Positions 40,271 through 51,569 of a stretch of 64,000 nt of DNA are shown one piece after another. The first letter of the stretch is position 1. Every line of letters starts with the position of its first letter. Made by a program: the position numbers and the translations under genes. The notes beneath the pieces are model-generated. The model saw nothing but the letters and a program-made list of their open reading frames with translations, ran no database searches and was not told where the DNA came from. The DNA comes from an uncultured delta proteobacterium (GTDB lineage Bacteria > Desulfobacterota > Binatia > UBA9968), in the NCBI GenBank assembly GCA_963737905.1, contig CAVTUQ010000007.1, positions 1 to 64,000 on the forward strand, read 5' to 3'.

Positions 40271-41010
40271 GCGGCAAGCGTTGCGTCCGACCGCTGCTTG
40301 TTTTCGTTTTTTGTTCTGTGGCGGGTTGCGCTTCGCAGACAACGATTTCCAAACCCAGGCCGCACGGGATCTATCATGTGGTTACATCGGGGGAGACCCT
40401 GTTTAAGATCGGCAAAGCCTACGGCGTTACTTACCAGGAGCTGGCTCGCCTCAACGGAATCAAAGACGCCGGGCAGATCCGCGTTGGCCAACGGATCTTT
40501 ATCCCGGGGGCAACGCGTTCCCTTCCCGTGGAAACGATCGCGCCGATGGAACCGGCGCCGTCCGTGGCAACTTCCCCTGAAGCGCCGGTGCCGGATGTCG
40601 AAACATTCCTCTGGCCAGTGAACGGCACCGTCAATTCGGCTTTTGGACCGAGGGGCTCTGGCTTTCACGATGGCATCGACATTGCCGCTCCGGAAGGGAC
40701 GCCGATTCGCTCCATTGAAGGGGGAGAGGTGATCTACAGCGATCAACTGCGCGGATACGGAAATATGGTGATCGTGCGCCACGCGGGAGGAATCGTCTCT
40801 GTTTATGCCCACAACGAAGCAAACTTAGTGCGCGAAGGACAGACGGTGGCGCAAGGAGACGTCGTGGCGAGAGTGGGGAGCACGGGACGCGTGACCGGGC
40901 CGCATCTCCATTTCGAGATTCGCAGGAACAACATCCCGCAGGATCCGTTGCGTTACTTACCTCAATCGTGTTGCGTAGCGGCATCGGATAACGCAGCACC
41001 GAAAAATTAA
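40258..41010 (+). CDS. LysM + M23 peptidase lipoprotein (NlpD-like)
   Basis: Lipobox VAGC, LysM HVVTSGETLFKI, HDGIDIAA, YAHN, PHLHFE. Confidence 0.9.
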   Translation: MARVSGKRCVRPLLVFVFCSVAGCASQTTISKPRPHGIYHVVTSGETLFKIGKAYGVTYQELARLNGIKDAGQIRVGQRIFIPGATRSLPVETIAPMEPAPSVATSPEAPVPDVETFLWPVNGTVNSAFGPRGSGFHDGIDIAAPEGTPIRSIEGGEVIYSDQLRGYGNMVIVRHAGGIVSVYAHNEANLVREGQTVAQGDVVARVGSTGRVTGPHLHFEIRRNNIPQDPLRYLPQSCCVAASDNAAPKN

Positions 41011-41027
41011 AAGCAAAGGACGAGGCA

Positions 41028-42176
41028 ATGAAAGAATTAGCCAACATCAGAAACGACGTGGTCGGAAGCTTGCTGCGGCCGCCGGAGCTGAAACAGGCGC
41101 GTCAGCACTACGACGAGGGAAAACTGAGTCGTGGAGAACTACGGCGGACAGAAGACCGAGAGATCCGCAGCGCCGTCCGGCTTCAGGAGGAATTGGGACT
41201 GGCCGTGGTCACGGACGGCGAATATCGCCGGCTCAACTTTCAGGATAGCTTCGGCGAGTCGGTTTCGGGATATGATGCCGGGAAAGCGAGTCTCAAGTTT
41301 TACGAGCAGCGCGTTGAAGGCTCGAACCCGCTCCAGCGTTGGGAGATTCCGGTTCGGGGCGAAGAGAAAGGTACGGCTGTTTCGCAAAGACGACCCGTGG
41401 TCGAACCGTTGCGTCTAGTCCGAAATGGCCCTCTGGAGGAGTACCGTTTTGTCAGCCAGGTGGCAGAGAAACCGGCCAAGGTGACGCTCATCGGGCCTGA
41501 TCGAATTTCCCAAAGATTCGACTGGCAGAATTCGAAAGCGATCTACCCGAGCATGGACGCGTTCATGGCAGATGTGGTCAAGATCCAGAGAGAAGTGATT
41601 CGTGGACTCGTCGAAGCGGGTTGTCGTTATGTGCAGATCGATGCTCCGGGCTATACGGCTTACGTCGACCCGCCTTCTTTGGAAGCGATGCGGGACCGGG
41701 GCGAGGACCCTAAGGAGAATTTCAACCGATCCCTGAAGGCGGACAACCAGGTTCTGGAAGGATTCGACGACGTTACTTTCGGCATCCATCTTTGCCGCGG
41801 CAACCAGCGGAGCATGTGGCACCGGGAGGGAAGCTATGACGATATTGCCGAACGGTTGCTGAACGAGCTCAAACATGACCGGTTCCTGTTCGAGTACGAT
41901 ACCCCGAGGGCCGGCGGTTTCGAACCGCTGCGATTCCTACCCAAGGGTAAGGTCGTGGTGCTGGGCCTGGTCAGCACGAAAGTACCGCAGTTGGAAAAAG
42001 TCGATGAATTAAAGCGCCGGATCCACGAGGCCGGCAAATACGCGCCGCTGGAACAGCTGGCCATCAGCCCGCAATGTGGTTTTTCTTCGGATGTGGTCGG
42101 CAATCTGATCAGCGAGGATGACCAAAGGAGAAAATTGGAACTGGTCGTCGAGACCGCTCGGCAAGTCTGGGGCTAA
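41028..42176 (+). CDS. Cobalamin-independent methionine synthase II family protein
   Basis: VVGSLLRP, TDGEYRR, HLCRGN, FEYD, SPQCGF. Confidence 0.9.
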   Translation: MKELANIRNDVVGSLLRPPELKQARQHYDEGKLSRGELRRTEDREIRSAVRLQEELGLAVVTDGEYRRLNFQDSFGESVSGYDAGKASLKFYEQRVEGSNPLQRWEIPVRGEEKGTAVSQRRPVVEPLRLVRNGPLEEYRFVSQVAEKPAKVTLIGPDRISQRFDWQNSKAIYPSMDAFMADVVKIQREVIRGLVEAGCRYVQIDAPGYTAYVDPPSLEAMRDRGEDPKENFNRSLKADNQVLEGFDDVTFGIHLCRGNQRSMWHREGSYDDIAERLLNELKHDRFLFEYDTPRAGGFEPLRFLPKGKVVVLGLVSTKVPQLEKVDELKRRIHEAGKYAPLEQLAISPQCGFSSDVVGNLISEDDQRRKLELVVETARQVWG

Positions 42177-42314
42177 TCCTCGCTTTGCTCGGAATTGCAG
42201 ATGTCTAATTTCAGATCTCAGATTGAAGTCGGAAATTCGGATTTTGCGATTCGCCGTCAGCCGCTGGGTCCGCTTATTCTTGCCGGTCTGTAACGGTTAT
42301 GATAGCTGACAGAC

Positions 42315-42851
42315 ATGGAACAAGACATCGCGAGCATTCGTCAAGCCATTCGAGACATTCCCGATTTTCCCAAGCCCGGCATTATTTTCAAGGATATCAC
42401 GCCGCTGCTGGGCAATGGCCCGCTGTTTAGAACGACCATCGATATTTTTGCCGCCCGCTATCGATCCCAGAAGATTGATACGGTTCTGGGCATCGAGTCG
42501 CGCGGTTTTATTATCGGCTCCGCGCTGGCCTATGCACTCGGCGCCGGATTCTCCCTCGTGCGCAAGCCGGGAAAACTACCCTACGAAACGCACAAAGCGA
42601 GCTACGCGCTCGAATATGGCACCGATACCCTCGAGATCCATAGCGATGGATTGCCGAATCATGCGCGTGTGGTTATTGCCGATGATTTGATCGCCACCGG
42701 GGGCACAGCGGCGGCCACGGCCGAATTGGTTTCCGAGCTCGGTGGGACGGTAGTCGAATGTGCCTTTGTGATCGAGCTGGCCTTTCTGAAGGGCAGAGAA
42801 AAGCTTAAACCTTATGGAGTCTTTTCACTGCTCCGCTACGGCGCTGAGTAA
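42315..42851 (+). CDS. apt: Adenine phosphoribosyltransferase
   Basis: IPDFPKPGIIFKDITP, RKPGKLP, DDLIATGGT. Confidence 0.96.
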   Translation: MEQDIASIRQAIRDIPDFPKPGIIFKDITPLLGNGPLFRTTIDIFAARYRSQKIDTVLGIESRGFIIGSALAYALGAGFSLVRKPGKLPYETHKASYALEYGTDTLEIHSDGLPNHARVVIADDLIATGGTAAATAELVSELGGTVVECAFVIELAFLKGREKLKPYGVFSLLRYGAE

Positions 42852-42888
42852 TCGCCGAAAAAGATAGCTCTAACGCGAAGTTACTTCC

Positions 42889-42916
42889 TTGACATCCCCT
42901 GGTAATGGTCTATAAG
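42889..42916 (+). promoter_or_regulatory. sigma70 promoter upstream of nuoI-thiC
   Basis: TTGACA-16-TATAAG. Confidence 0.55.
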
Positions 42917-42980
42917 TTAGATAGATTTTAGGTTGCATCCATTCCGCGCGTTGCGCTGCTCGCGGCGCAGTCTCGGACTA

Positions 42981-43550
42981 ATGAAACGAATCGAAGAAAT
43001 GTCGCTTTGGGAGCGGCTCTACTTTCCCGAAGTGATCCGCGGCCTCACGATTACCGGATACCGCTTCTGGCGCAATCTCTTCGTGCACACGCTCCACAAG
43101 CTCGGCCTGGCCCGCAAAGTTCAAGCGGCGATTACCGTCCAGTATCCCGATGAAAGAGCGCCCTATCCTGATACCTTCCGGGGTCGACATCGGTTGACCT
43201 TGAAAGACGATGGCGCGGTTCAATGCACCGCCTGTTTTTTATGCGCGACTGCCTGCCCCGCCGAGTGTATTTATATTCAGGCGGGTGAGTATCCGGACAA
43301 TGCTGTTGAAAAATACCCGATACGCTACGAAATCGATACATTACGATGTATATACTGTGGTTTTTGTGTGGAAGCTTGTCCCTGCGATGCCATTCGCATG
43401 GATTCGGGAACCCATCCAGGCAATCTTGGTTTTAGCCGTAAGGATTTTGTTGAGAATAAAGAAGTACTGATGCAACGATCGCGTGAATTAGCAGAAAAGG
43501 GAAAAGAAGGGCTCTACGAAGAATACGTCAAACCTTACCGTCATGTTTAA
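42981..43550 (+). CDS. nuoI: NADH-quinone oxidoreductase subunit I
   Basis: TVQYPDE..FRGRHRL; two 4Fe-4S motifs CTACFLCATACP and CIYCGFCVEACP. Confidence 0.9.
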   Translation: MKRIEEMSLWERLYFPEVIRGLTITGYRFWRNLFVHTLHKLGLARKVQAAITVQYPDERAPYPDTFRGRHRLTLKDDGAVQCTACFLCATACPAECIYIQAGEYPDNAVEKYPIRYEIDTLRCIYCGFCVEACPCDAIRMDSGTHPGNLGFSRKDFVENKEVLMQRSRELAEKGKEGLYEEYVKPYRHV

Positions 43551-43594
43551 CGGCTTTCAGCCTCCTGAAAGTCCGCATCCAAGGGGGGATCAAA

Positions 43595-45527
<1,933 letters not shown>

Positions 45528-45556
45528 TAGCGGAACGGTTTAAGGTTCAAAGCAGC

Positions 45557-45599
45557 AACGGCCTTGCTTCGTAGAATCGAAGTAAGGCCGTTTTGTTTT
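45557..45599 (+). terminator. Rho-independent terminator after thiC
   Basis: AACGGCCTTGCTTCG-loop-CGAAGTAAGGCCGTT followed by TTGTTTT. Confidence 0.75.
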
Positions 45600-45694
45600 C
45601 CCCTATTTTACCCCTTCAAGCCGGACCTCTGCGGCCCATAGCTCCTTGAGACCTATCCATTCGGCGACAGATATTGTCGAGGTTTTGCTTCGGG

Positions 45695-46759
45695 TTACCC
45701 GCGTGGAAGAGCCACAATGGCAGGGTTGGGTATGCCAAACCCGCAGCGTGATAGCAGGTAGCGATCAAATTCCTGGTCCGTGGAAAACTTGAAGCGAACT
45801 GCGCCATTTTGATGCCACAGCTCTTTCGACGGAACCTCGCATTGGTTGCAAGCAGTCCCTTTTTCGCAATCGGAAGCCGGCGTTCCGGTGGTGATCGTCG
45901 CCGTGTTGCTGATTCTCGGGTCGCGGCCCCGCGAATTGGCGCGAACCACCACGCCTTTGCCGATGTAATGGACCCCAGGGAACTTCCGCGCAGCTCGATC
46001 GGGATTGAGGTCCACTGCGGTTTCGGAAAATACGCCGCCGAGGATCTCACGGGTTCTGGCGTCAAATTCAACTCGTTCGCCGGTTGGGAGCGTGACAATG
46101 TAACGCGCTTCCGAACCAGAAATCGCCGGCAGATAATTTCTTGGAAAAAAATGCAGGACACTGTTCATGATCTCGCTGAGTCTAAACTGTTTGTCTCGGG
46201 ACGGCGCCCAATCCGAGATAAAGAGCTGAATGTCCTGCCTGGCCCGATCGTCAAACCGAAACTGGAAATCTCTGGTGAAAAGCAAGTTCTTTCCGATGTC
46301 GTAGTGGGGAGGAAGTATCCGGTTGCCGCCGCGGTTGGAAAATTCAAAGCCAACGACTTGGCTTTGCCGATCTTTTCGGTATTGCCATCCGGCGTGGACA
46401 GGCGCGTGGGACGCTCTTTCCAGCAGCACCGTATCGTAGGCAATTTTTAGCGAAGCCAATTCTTTCCCCGGCGCGCCGACGATGGATTCGGGTAAGCGTT
46501 CGATCGGCTTCGGATCGATTGAAACCTTTGGGGGTTTATTGGATTCCCGATCAATTTTATTTGATTCCGACCTGGTTTGTGCATCACTCTTTGTGGTGGA
46601 CTCGGCTTTTGCGGCTTCAGAAGCACCTTGCGGTGTCGGAGCGACCTGACTTGTCCTGCAGCTCTGTTGAAAAGACACTAATATTAGGAACAAAAATGTA
46701 TAGTGTTGTGCCAGTCGGGCAACCATTTTGTGCTTCTCCGACAACAGCCGGTCGGTCAC
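45695..46759 (-). CDS. Hypothetical exported/lipoprotein
   Basis: 354-aa ORF with hydrophobic N-terminal segment plus Cys, low-complexity linker and globular C-terminal region. Confidence 0.65.
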   Translation of the reverse strand: MTDRLLSEKHKMVARLAQHYTFLFLILVSFQQSCRTSQVAPTPQGASEAAKAESTTKSDAQTRSESNKIDRESNKPPKVSIDPKPIERLPESIVGAPGKELASLKIAYDTVLLERASHAPVHAGWQYRKDRQSQVVGFEFSNRGGNRILPPHYDIGKNLLFTRDFQFRFDDRARQDIQLFISDWAPSRDKQFRLSEIMNSVLHFFPRNYLPAISGSEARYIVTLPTGERVEFDARTREILGGVFSETAVDLNPDRAARKFPGVHYIGKGVVVRANSRGRDPRISNTATITTGTPASDCEKGTACNQCEVPSKELWHQNGAVRFKFSTDQEFDRYLLSRCGFGIPNPAIVALPRG

Positions 46760-46976
46760 CGGTTTGAAATCGCTATATTGCCGGCGGTCCCTATCTCGGT
46801 TTTACCGGCCGCAATCATTAAAGGCAACGTCTATGCCAAGGCCGCCGCGGATAGATTCTTGGGGGTCGGAAAAACCAAGCTAATGAATTTTATTGACGAA
46901 CTTGTCCGGACTTTCAAGGTCAGGGGCATTCGGCAGGCTGTTTGAGTCCATGCTATTTGGATACTGGTTGCACGCT

Positions 46977-47441
46977 TTAGCCGGATCTAGCAGCAGCACG
47001 TTGCAATATTTCTTCTGACGTCAGGTCTTCCTGGTGGGTAGCGATTGTCCAAATGTGTCCGAATGGATCCTCTAGAGTTCCGGTCCGATCGCCATAAAAC
47101 TGATCGCTCATGGGTTTGACGATTTTGGCGCCCTTTGCGAGGGCTCGGTTAAATATTCCATCACAATCTTCCACGTAGAGAAGAATACTTACCGGTGAAC
47201 CGCCGAAGGATTGGGGGCCGCGGGAGCCCATTTCGGGGTACTCGTCGGCTAACATGATTCGCGAGTCACCGATTTTGATTTCGGCGTGTCCGACCTTGCC
47301 GCTGGGTTCGGACAAACATATCAATACCTTCGCCTTAAAAGCTTGTTTATAGTAATCAATTGCGCTCGCGGCATCTTTGACAGTCAAGTAAGGTGTCACC
47401 GTGCGATAGCCTCGCGGAACGGATTTCGCCTTCTTCAGCAT
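46977..47441 (-). CDS. VOC/glyoxalase family protein (PhnB-like)
   Basis: TVTPYL, HAEIKIGDSRIMLADE, QFYGDRTG.LEDPFGHIW. Confidence 0.9.
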   Translation of the reverse strand: MLKKAKSVPRGYRTVTPYLTVKDAASAIDYYKQAFKAKVLICLSEPSGKVGHAEIKIGDSRIMLADEYPEMGSRGPQSFGGSPVSILLYVEDCDGIFNRALAKGAKIVKPMSDQFYGDRTGTLEDPFGHIWTIATHQEDLTSEEILQRAAARSG

Positions 47442-47686
47442 AAGTCTACTCCTTCTGGAACAGCGTTGGGATTTTTTAGTTACAGCCCTGAGAGTTAAAC
47501 GAACTCTTTTTCGCAATACATATGCCACTATGGTCTCTCTCAATTATCGTATTTGCTATTGCGATTTTGGAATGGTTTCGGGAATGTTTTTGTATGAATT
47601 CTCCTGCAGATTTGAAGAAAAAGGCTTAAAAACTTAAATTACTTCACTGGGTGTTAATTGGTCTTGAAAAAATCCGCAAAGGAGCC

Positions 47687-47959
47687 ATGATGGATTTTGT
47701 GGAAACCGTGAAAATGGATGACCCGCGCTTGGACGAAAGTTTTTCTTTTCTCTTTGTATTTAGAAAGGGCGACGTAGTTGTCAATCGAGAGAATCGAACT
47801 CTTCGGGGTCGGATAAATGACGGTGTCTATCTCGGAGAATTTCCGAGCCATGCGGCGGGAGCCCTCAACCCGAAGGGAAAGACGGTTTACGAGGTCAAGC
47901 TTCCGAACAACGTACTGCAGATCTTCGACGAAAAAGAGATCGAGAAAGTTTCGGAGTAA
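47687..47959 (+). CDS. Hypothetical protein
   Basis: AAGGAG RBS before ATG 47687; 90 aa, beta-rich. Confidence 0.55.
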   Translation: MMDFVETVKMDDPRLDESFSFLFVFRKGDVVVNRENRTLRGRINDGVYLGEFPSHAAGALNPKGKTVYEVKLPNNVLQIFDEKEIEKVSE

Positions 47960-48195
47960 AGTGTCCTGAAGCTGCCGCTCGGTTTTTGCCGCTGATTTTT
48001 TTAAGTAGGCCTATTCTCCGGTTCCTCTGACAGCCTTCGTCGCCTACATGCATTCGACAGTTCAATTGTGCGCCTTGCGCTATACACGTGGGTGTGAGTT
48101 TTAGGCGCAAATTCTGTAGGAAAACTCCGTCCGAGAATCGCCGCGAAACCTCTTGGGCTGCCCAAAAGCTTTGAATCCAATACAGAAACGGGAAA

Positions 48196-48210
48196 TGGCA
48201 TAGGCCTTGC
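48196..48210 (+). promoter_or_regulatory. sigma54 (-24/-12) promoter
   Basis: TGGCAT-AGGCC-TTGC with exact consensus spacing, 60 bp upstream of the microprotein ATG. Confidence 0.6.
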
Positions 48211-48270
48211 GGATTTAGCTGCGCAGATCTCAACGAATTTTATTTGTTGCTTGTGAAGGGAGGTGAAGTT

Positions 48271-48387
48271 ATGGCAGACCAACCCAACCAGTTCAAGTGT
48301 CATACTTGTGGTCGATCGTTTAGTTCGGAGGATCAACTTCGCGAACATGAGAAAAACTGTTCAGGTCCCCGTCCGCACGGTGGTTAA
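48271..48387 (+). CDS. 38-aa zinc-finger microprotein (C2H2/C2HC-like), not in ORF track
   Basis: MADQPNQFKCHTCGRSFSSEDQLREHEKNCSGPRPHGG*; GGGAGGTGA RBS. Confidence 0.7.
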   Translation: MADQPNQFKCHTCGRSFSSEDQLREHEKNCSGPRPHGG

Positions 48388-48443
48388 TACTTTTGACCGT
48401 TCTGGATATTCCGCAGTCATATCACCCGAGGAGATTTGTTTGC

Positions 48444-48842
48444 ATGACAGGGATTCGGCATGTGGTTTGGTCATATCACGTTGTCCTGCTGGCCTTTGTT
48501 CTTTTGGCCCTGGGGTGTGAGAGTACAGCGCTACGGCCACAGCGGGACGCTGAGAGAACGGGAATCGAGGGGACCCCCGATGACAGTGGAACTCCAAAGG
48601 AAGAAATTATCGGTACAGTCGAGCGAGTAGACAGAACCAACAATGAAATTCAGCTTCGGACGACTGAAGCCAAAGTCATCGTCATCAAATATGACCGATC
48701 TACTCGCGTCTACAGCCGAGAGCACGAAGTTGGGATCGAAGGGTTACGTCCACGCGATCTGATTCTAGTTCGCGTAGCGAAAAGTCCTCGGGGTGAACAA
48801 TACGCGGATCTGATCCGGTTGAACGACAGAAAGGAGCAATAA
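48444..48842 (+). CDS. Hypothetical lipoprotein
   Basis: GAGGAG RBS, lipobox ALGC, GTVERVD..LRPRDLI OB-like segment. Confidence 0.7.
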   Translation: MTGIRHVVWSYHVVLLAFVLLALGCESTALRPQRDAERTGIEGTPDDSGTPKEEIIGTVERVDRTNNEIQLRTTEAKVIVIKYDRSTRVYSREHEVGIEGLRPRDLILVRVAKSPRGEQYADLIRLNDRKEQ

Positions 48843-48845
48843 TTT

Positions 48846-49604
48846 GTGAAAACAATTGTCGGTATCTTTAAATCTCGGCAGGAAGCGACTAAGGCTGCGC
48901 ATTTTTTGAGAGCGGCGGGCTTCGAAGGAAGCAATGTTATCGTTTTAACGCCGGGCGCGTCTGATCCCGAGGTCGAGGCAGCAGTGCCAATGGAGGACGC
49001 AGAACAGCCGGGAATGGGAAAGGCGATAGGCAGCGTTGTCGGAGGAGCGGTCGGTCTCGGTGCGGGAGCCTTGATCGCTAACCTTCTTTTGCCCGGGATC
49101 GGTCCGATCTTGGCGGTGACATTCGGGGCTGCGGCCGGACTGGGTGGCGCCGCCGCCGGAGCGGCGGCAGGCGGCGCGCTGGAGAATCTTCTCTCCATCG
49201 GCGTGCCGAAAGACGAGATCTTCTTTTATGAAGATGCGCTCCGACAGCGGCGGTCCGTTGTCGTCGGCCTGTCCGAGCGCGACGATCAGATCGAGGCAGG
49301 ACGCGATGCATTAAAGAAGGCCGGAGCGGAGACTCTGGATGCCGCGCGGGAAAAGTGGTGGATCGGGCTTAGAGATGCAGAATCAGCTTTCTATTCCAAA
49401 TCGGGGGATTCTGCCGAGGAGGAAGGTAATTTTCGCTGCGGTTTTTCGGCAGCTTTAGAGCCGAAAAACCGTGGTCGATCGTTTGACGCGGCGATGGAGG
49501 ACCTGAAGTCGGAATATCCGGATGCTTACCCAACAGAGAGTTTCCGCCGGGGTTTCGAGCGAGGTCAACATTATCACAAGGAACTGTCCGAACGAGGAAA
49601 TTGA
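48846..49604 (+). CDS. Glycine-zipper general-stress-like membrane protein
   Basis: IVGIF..A.KAA..LRAAGF, GGAVG..LPGIGPI..AAAGAAAGGAL, GVPKDE..YEDALR. Confidence 0.75.
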   Translation: MKTIVGIFKSRQEATKAAHFLRAAGFEGSNVIVLTPGASDPEVEAAVPMEDAEQPGMGKAIGSVVGGAVGLGAGALIANLLLPGIGPILAVTFGAAAGLGGAAAGAAAGGALENLLSIGVPKDEIFFYEDALRQRRSVVVGLSERDDQIEAGRDALKKAGAETLDAAREKWWIGLRDAESAFYSKSGDSAEEEGNFRCGFSAALEPKNRGRSFDAAMEDLKSEYPDAYPTESFRRGFERGQHYHKELSERGN

Positions 49605-49696
49605 GGAAATTGACCGCGGGGTCAATGGAATATTTCACAGCCCTCCAGAGATTTGTTCTCACTGGCTCTTGAAGACGTGTCGATTGCGCCCTAGAT

Positions 49697-51566
49697 TTGG
49701 ATCTGCCTTCCGCATCGGAGATCCCGGCACGCGTGATCACAGCTTTAGCACGAAAACGTAGCAGGTTTGTAGTATGTTTAGTCGCTGGTTGGGTGCTTTT
49801 CGCCCGGCCCGTCTTGGGAATTCAGGTCGAAGAACTGGATCCTGCCCGACAATGGCGGGTAGAGAAAATCGAGATTTCTGGAAATACGAAGTTCTCCGAT
49901 AGCGAAATCCTAAAGGAACTGCTCACTCAAGTTCGCCCCTGGTATCTATTTTGGGAGGCGGAAAATGCTTTTGATCCCATCACTTTTCGCGAGGACCTGG
50001 AACGCATCAGGCGCTTTTACGAAGCCAGAGGATATTACCAAACTCGTGTCACCTACGACCTAGCGGTGGACCCGCAAGCGGGAGCACTTCAAGTAAACAT
50101 CCAGATCGTCGAAGGCCCGCCGGTGATCGTATCTGAAGTTAACGTGGAGGTTTCCGGTAGTGGGCTGGCGCCGCCAGAGCATCCCATCAAACAAGGCGAG
50201 ATTTTCGTCGAAGATTCCTACCGCAAAGGGGAGGAAACGCTGCGGAATTTTTTCTTGGAGCGCGGCTATGCTCACGTGACGACGGAAAGACGCGCAGAGG
50301 TAAACCTCGATCACGATCAGGCCAGTGTTTGGTATCAAGCCGACCCCGGACCGCTAAGTGTCTTCGGAGAAACAACTGTTCAAGGAACGAAGGAAGTGGA
50401 TCCTGAAATCGTTCTGCGGGAGCTGGCGTATCGACCGGGGGAAATCTTTTCACCGGCAAAAATTGCCGAATCTCAGGCAAAGATCTTGGCTCTGGATCTG
50501 TTCGGCTTGGTGCGGATTGCGCCCAAGGAGGTCCCGGGCAAACCGAGCATCGTTCCCATTGGGATCGAGGTTTCAGAAAAAGAAGCGCGCGAAATTAGGG
50601 TCGGAGTCGGATACGGCACCGAGGACCAATTTCGCGCTCAGTTACGCTGGCAGCACAACAACTGGCTCGGCGGCGGGAGACGTTTATCCATCGAAGCCAA
50701 ATATTCTTCCATCTTTACCACGGGGGCGATCACATTTGTCCAGCCACACTTCTTTTCCCCGCGTACCCGAGGGATAGTCAGTCTGCGGCAAGAACGGGAT
50801 GATGAGGATACCTATCTGCTCAACGCGTCGCGGTTTAATCCTCGGCTCGAGCACGGATTCACACCGCAGCTGGTGGGGTTTATCGCGTATCGCCTGGAGT
50901 ACGACCGCCTGGAGAGAATCAGTCAGGCGACGATAGACGCGCTGGGGCCTGTGCGGGAGCGGGGGGTGATGTCAGGGCCGACCCTCGGCTTGGTGTGGAA
51001 CACCTCGGATGGGCCACTCAATCCAACCAGGGGAGAGGTCGCGACCTTTACCTTCGACCAGGCCGGAAAAATTTGGGGTGGGCAATACAGCTTTTACAAG
51101 GTTACGGCGGAAGCGAAGAAGTATCTGTTACTCGGCTGGGAGACCATACTGGCGGGCCGGCTGAAGATTGGTTTCGCTGAACCTTTGGGTCCCGGAAGAA
51201 AATCTGCCGATTTTCGAGCGCTTTTACGCGGGCGGAGAAAAGAGCGTGCGGGGATACGCCCGCAGAAAGCTTGGCCCATTAAATGCCAACGGCGATCCCA
51301 TTGGAGGTCTAAGTTTGATTGAAGGGTCCTTGGAGCTGCGGCGTCCTATTTGGGGCCCGCTGGGTGGAGCGCTATTCATCGATTTCGGTCAGGTGTCGAT
51401 CCGGTCGTTCGATCTGCCGGTGAACGATCTTAAGTTTGGTTCCGGATTCGGTCTCAACTATCAGACTCCCGTAGGACCGCTTTCTTTGTACCTGGGATTT
51501 CCCTGGCGGCCGCCGCGCGGCGAAGCAAGTTGGCAAATTTATTTCAGTGTGGGAGCATACTTCTAG
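49697..51566 (+). CDS. tamA: Omp85/TamA-like outer-membrane protein (frameshift near 51190)
   Basis: POTRA repeats (FYEARGY, ERGY), GVGYGT, FYAGG..SVRGY, YQTPVGPL, terminal Phe. Confidence 0.85.
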
Positions 51567-51569
51567 CTC

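Noticed and set aside
43551-43594. TPP riboswitch upstream of thiC
   Set aside because: The spacer is only 44 bp and lacks the CTGAGA...ACCTG core.
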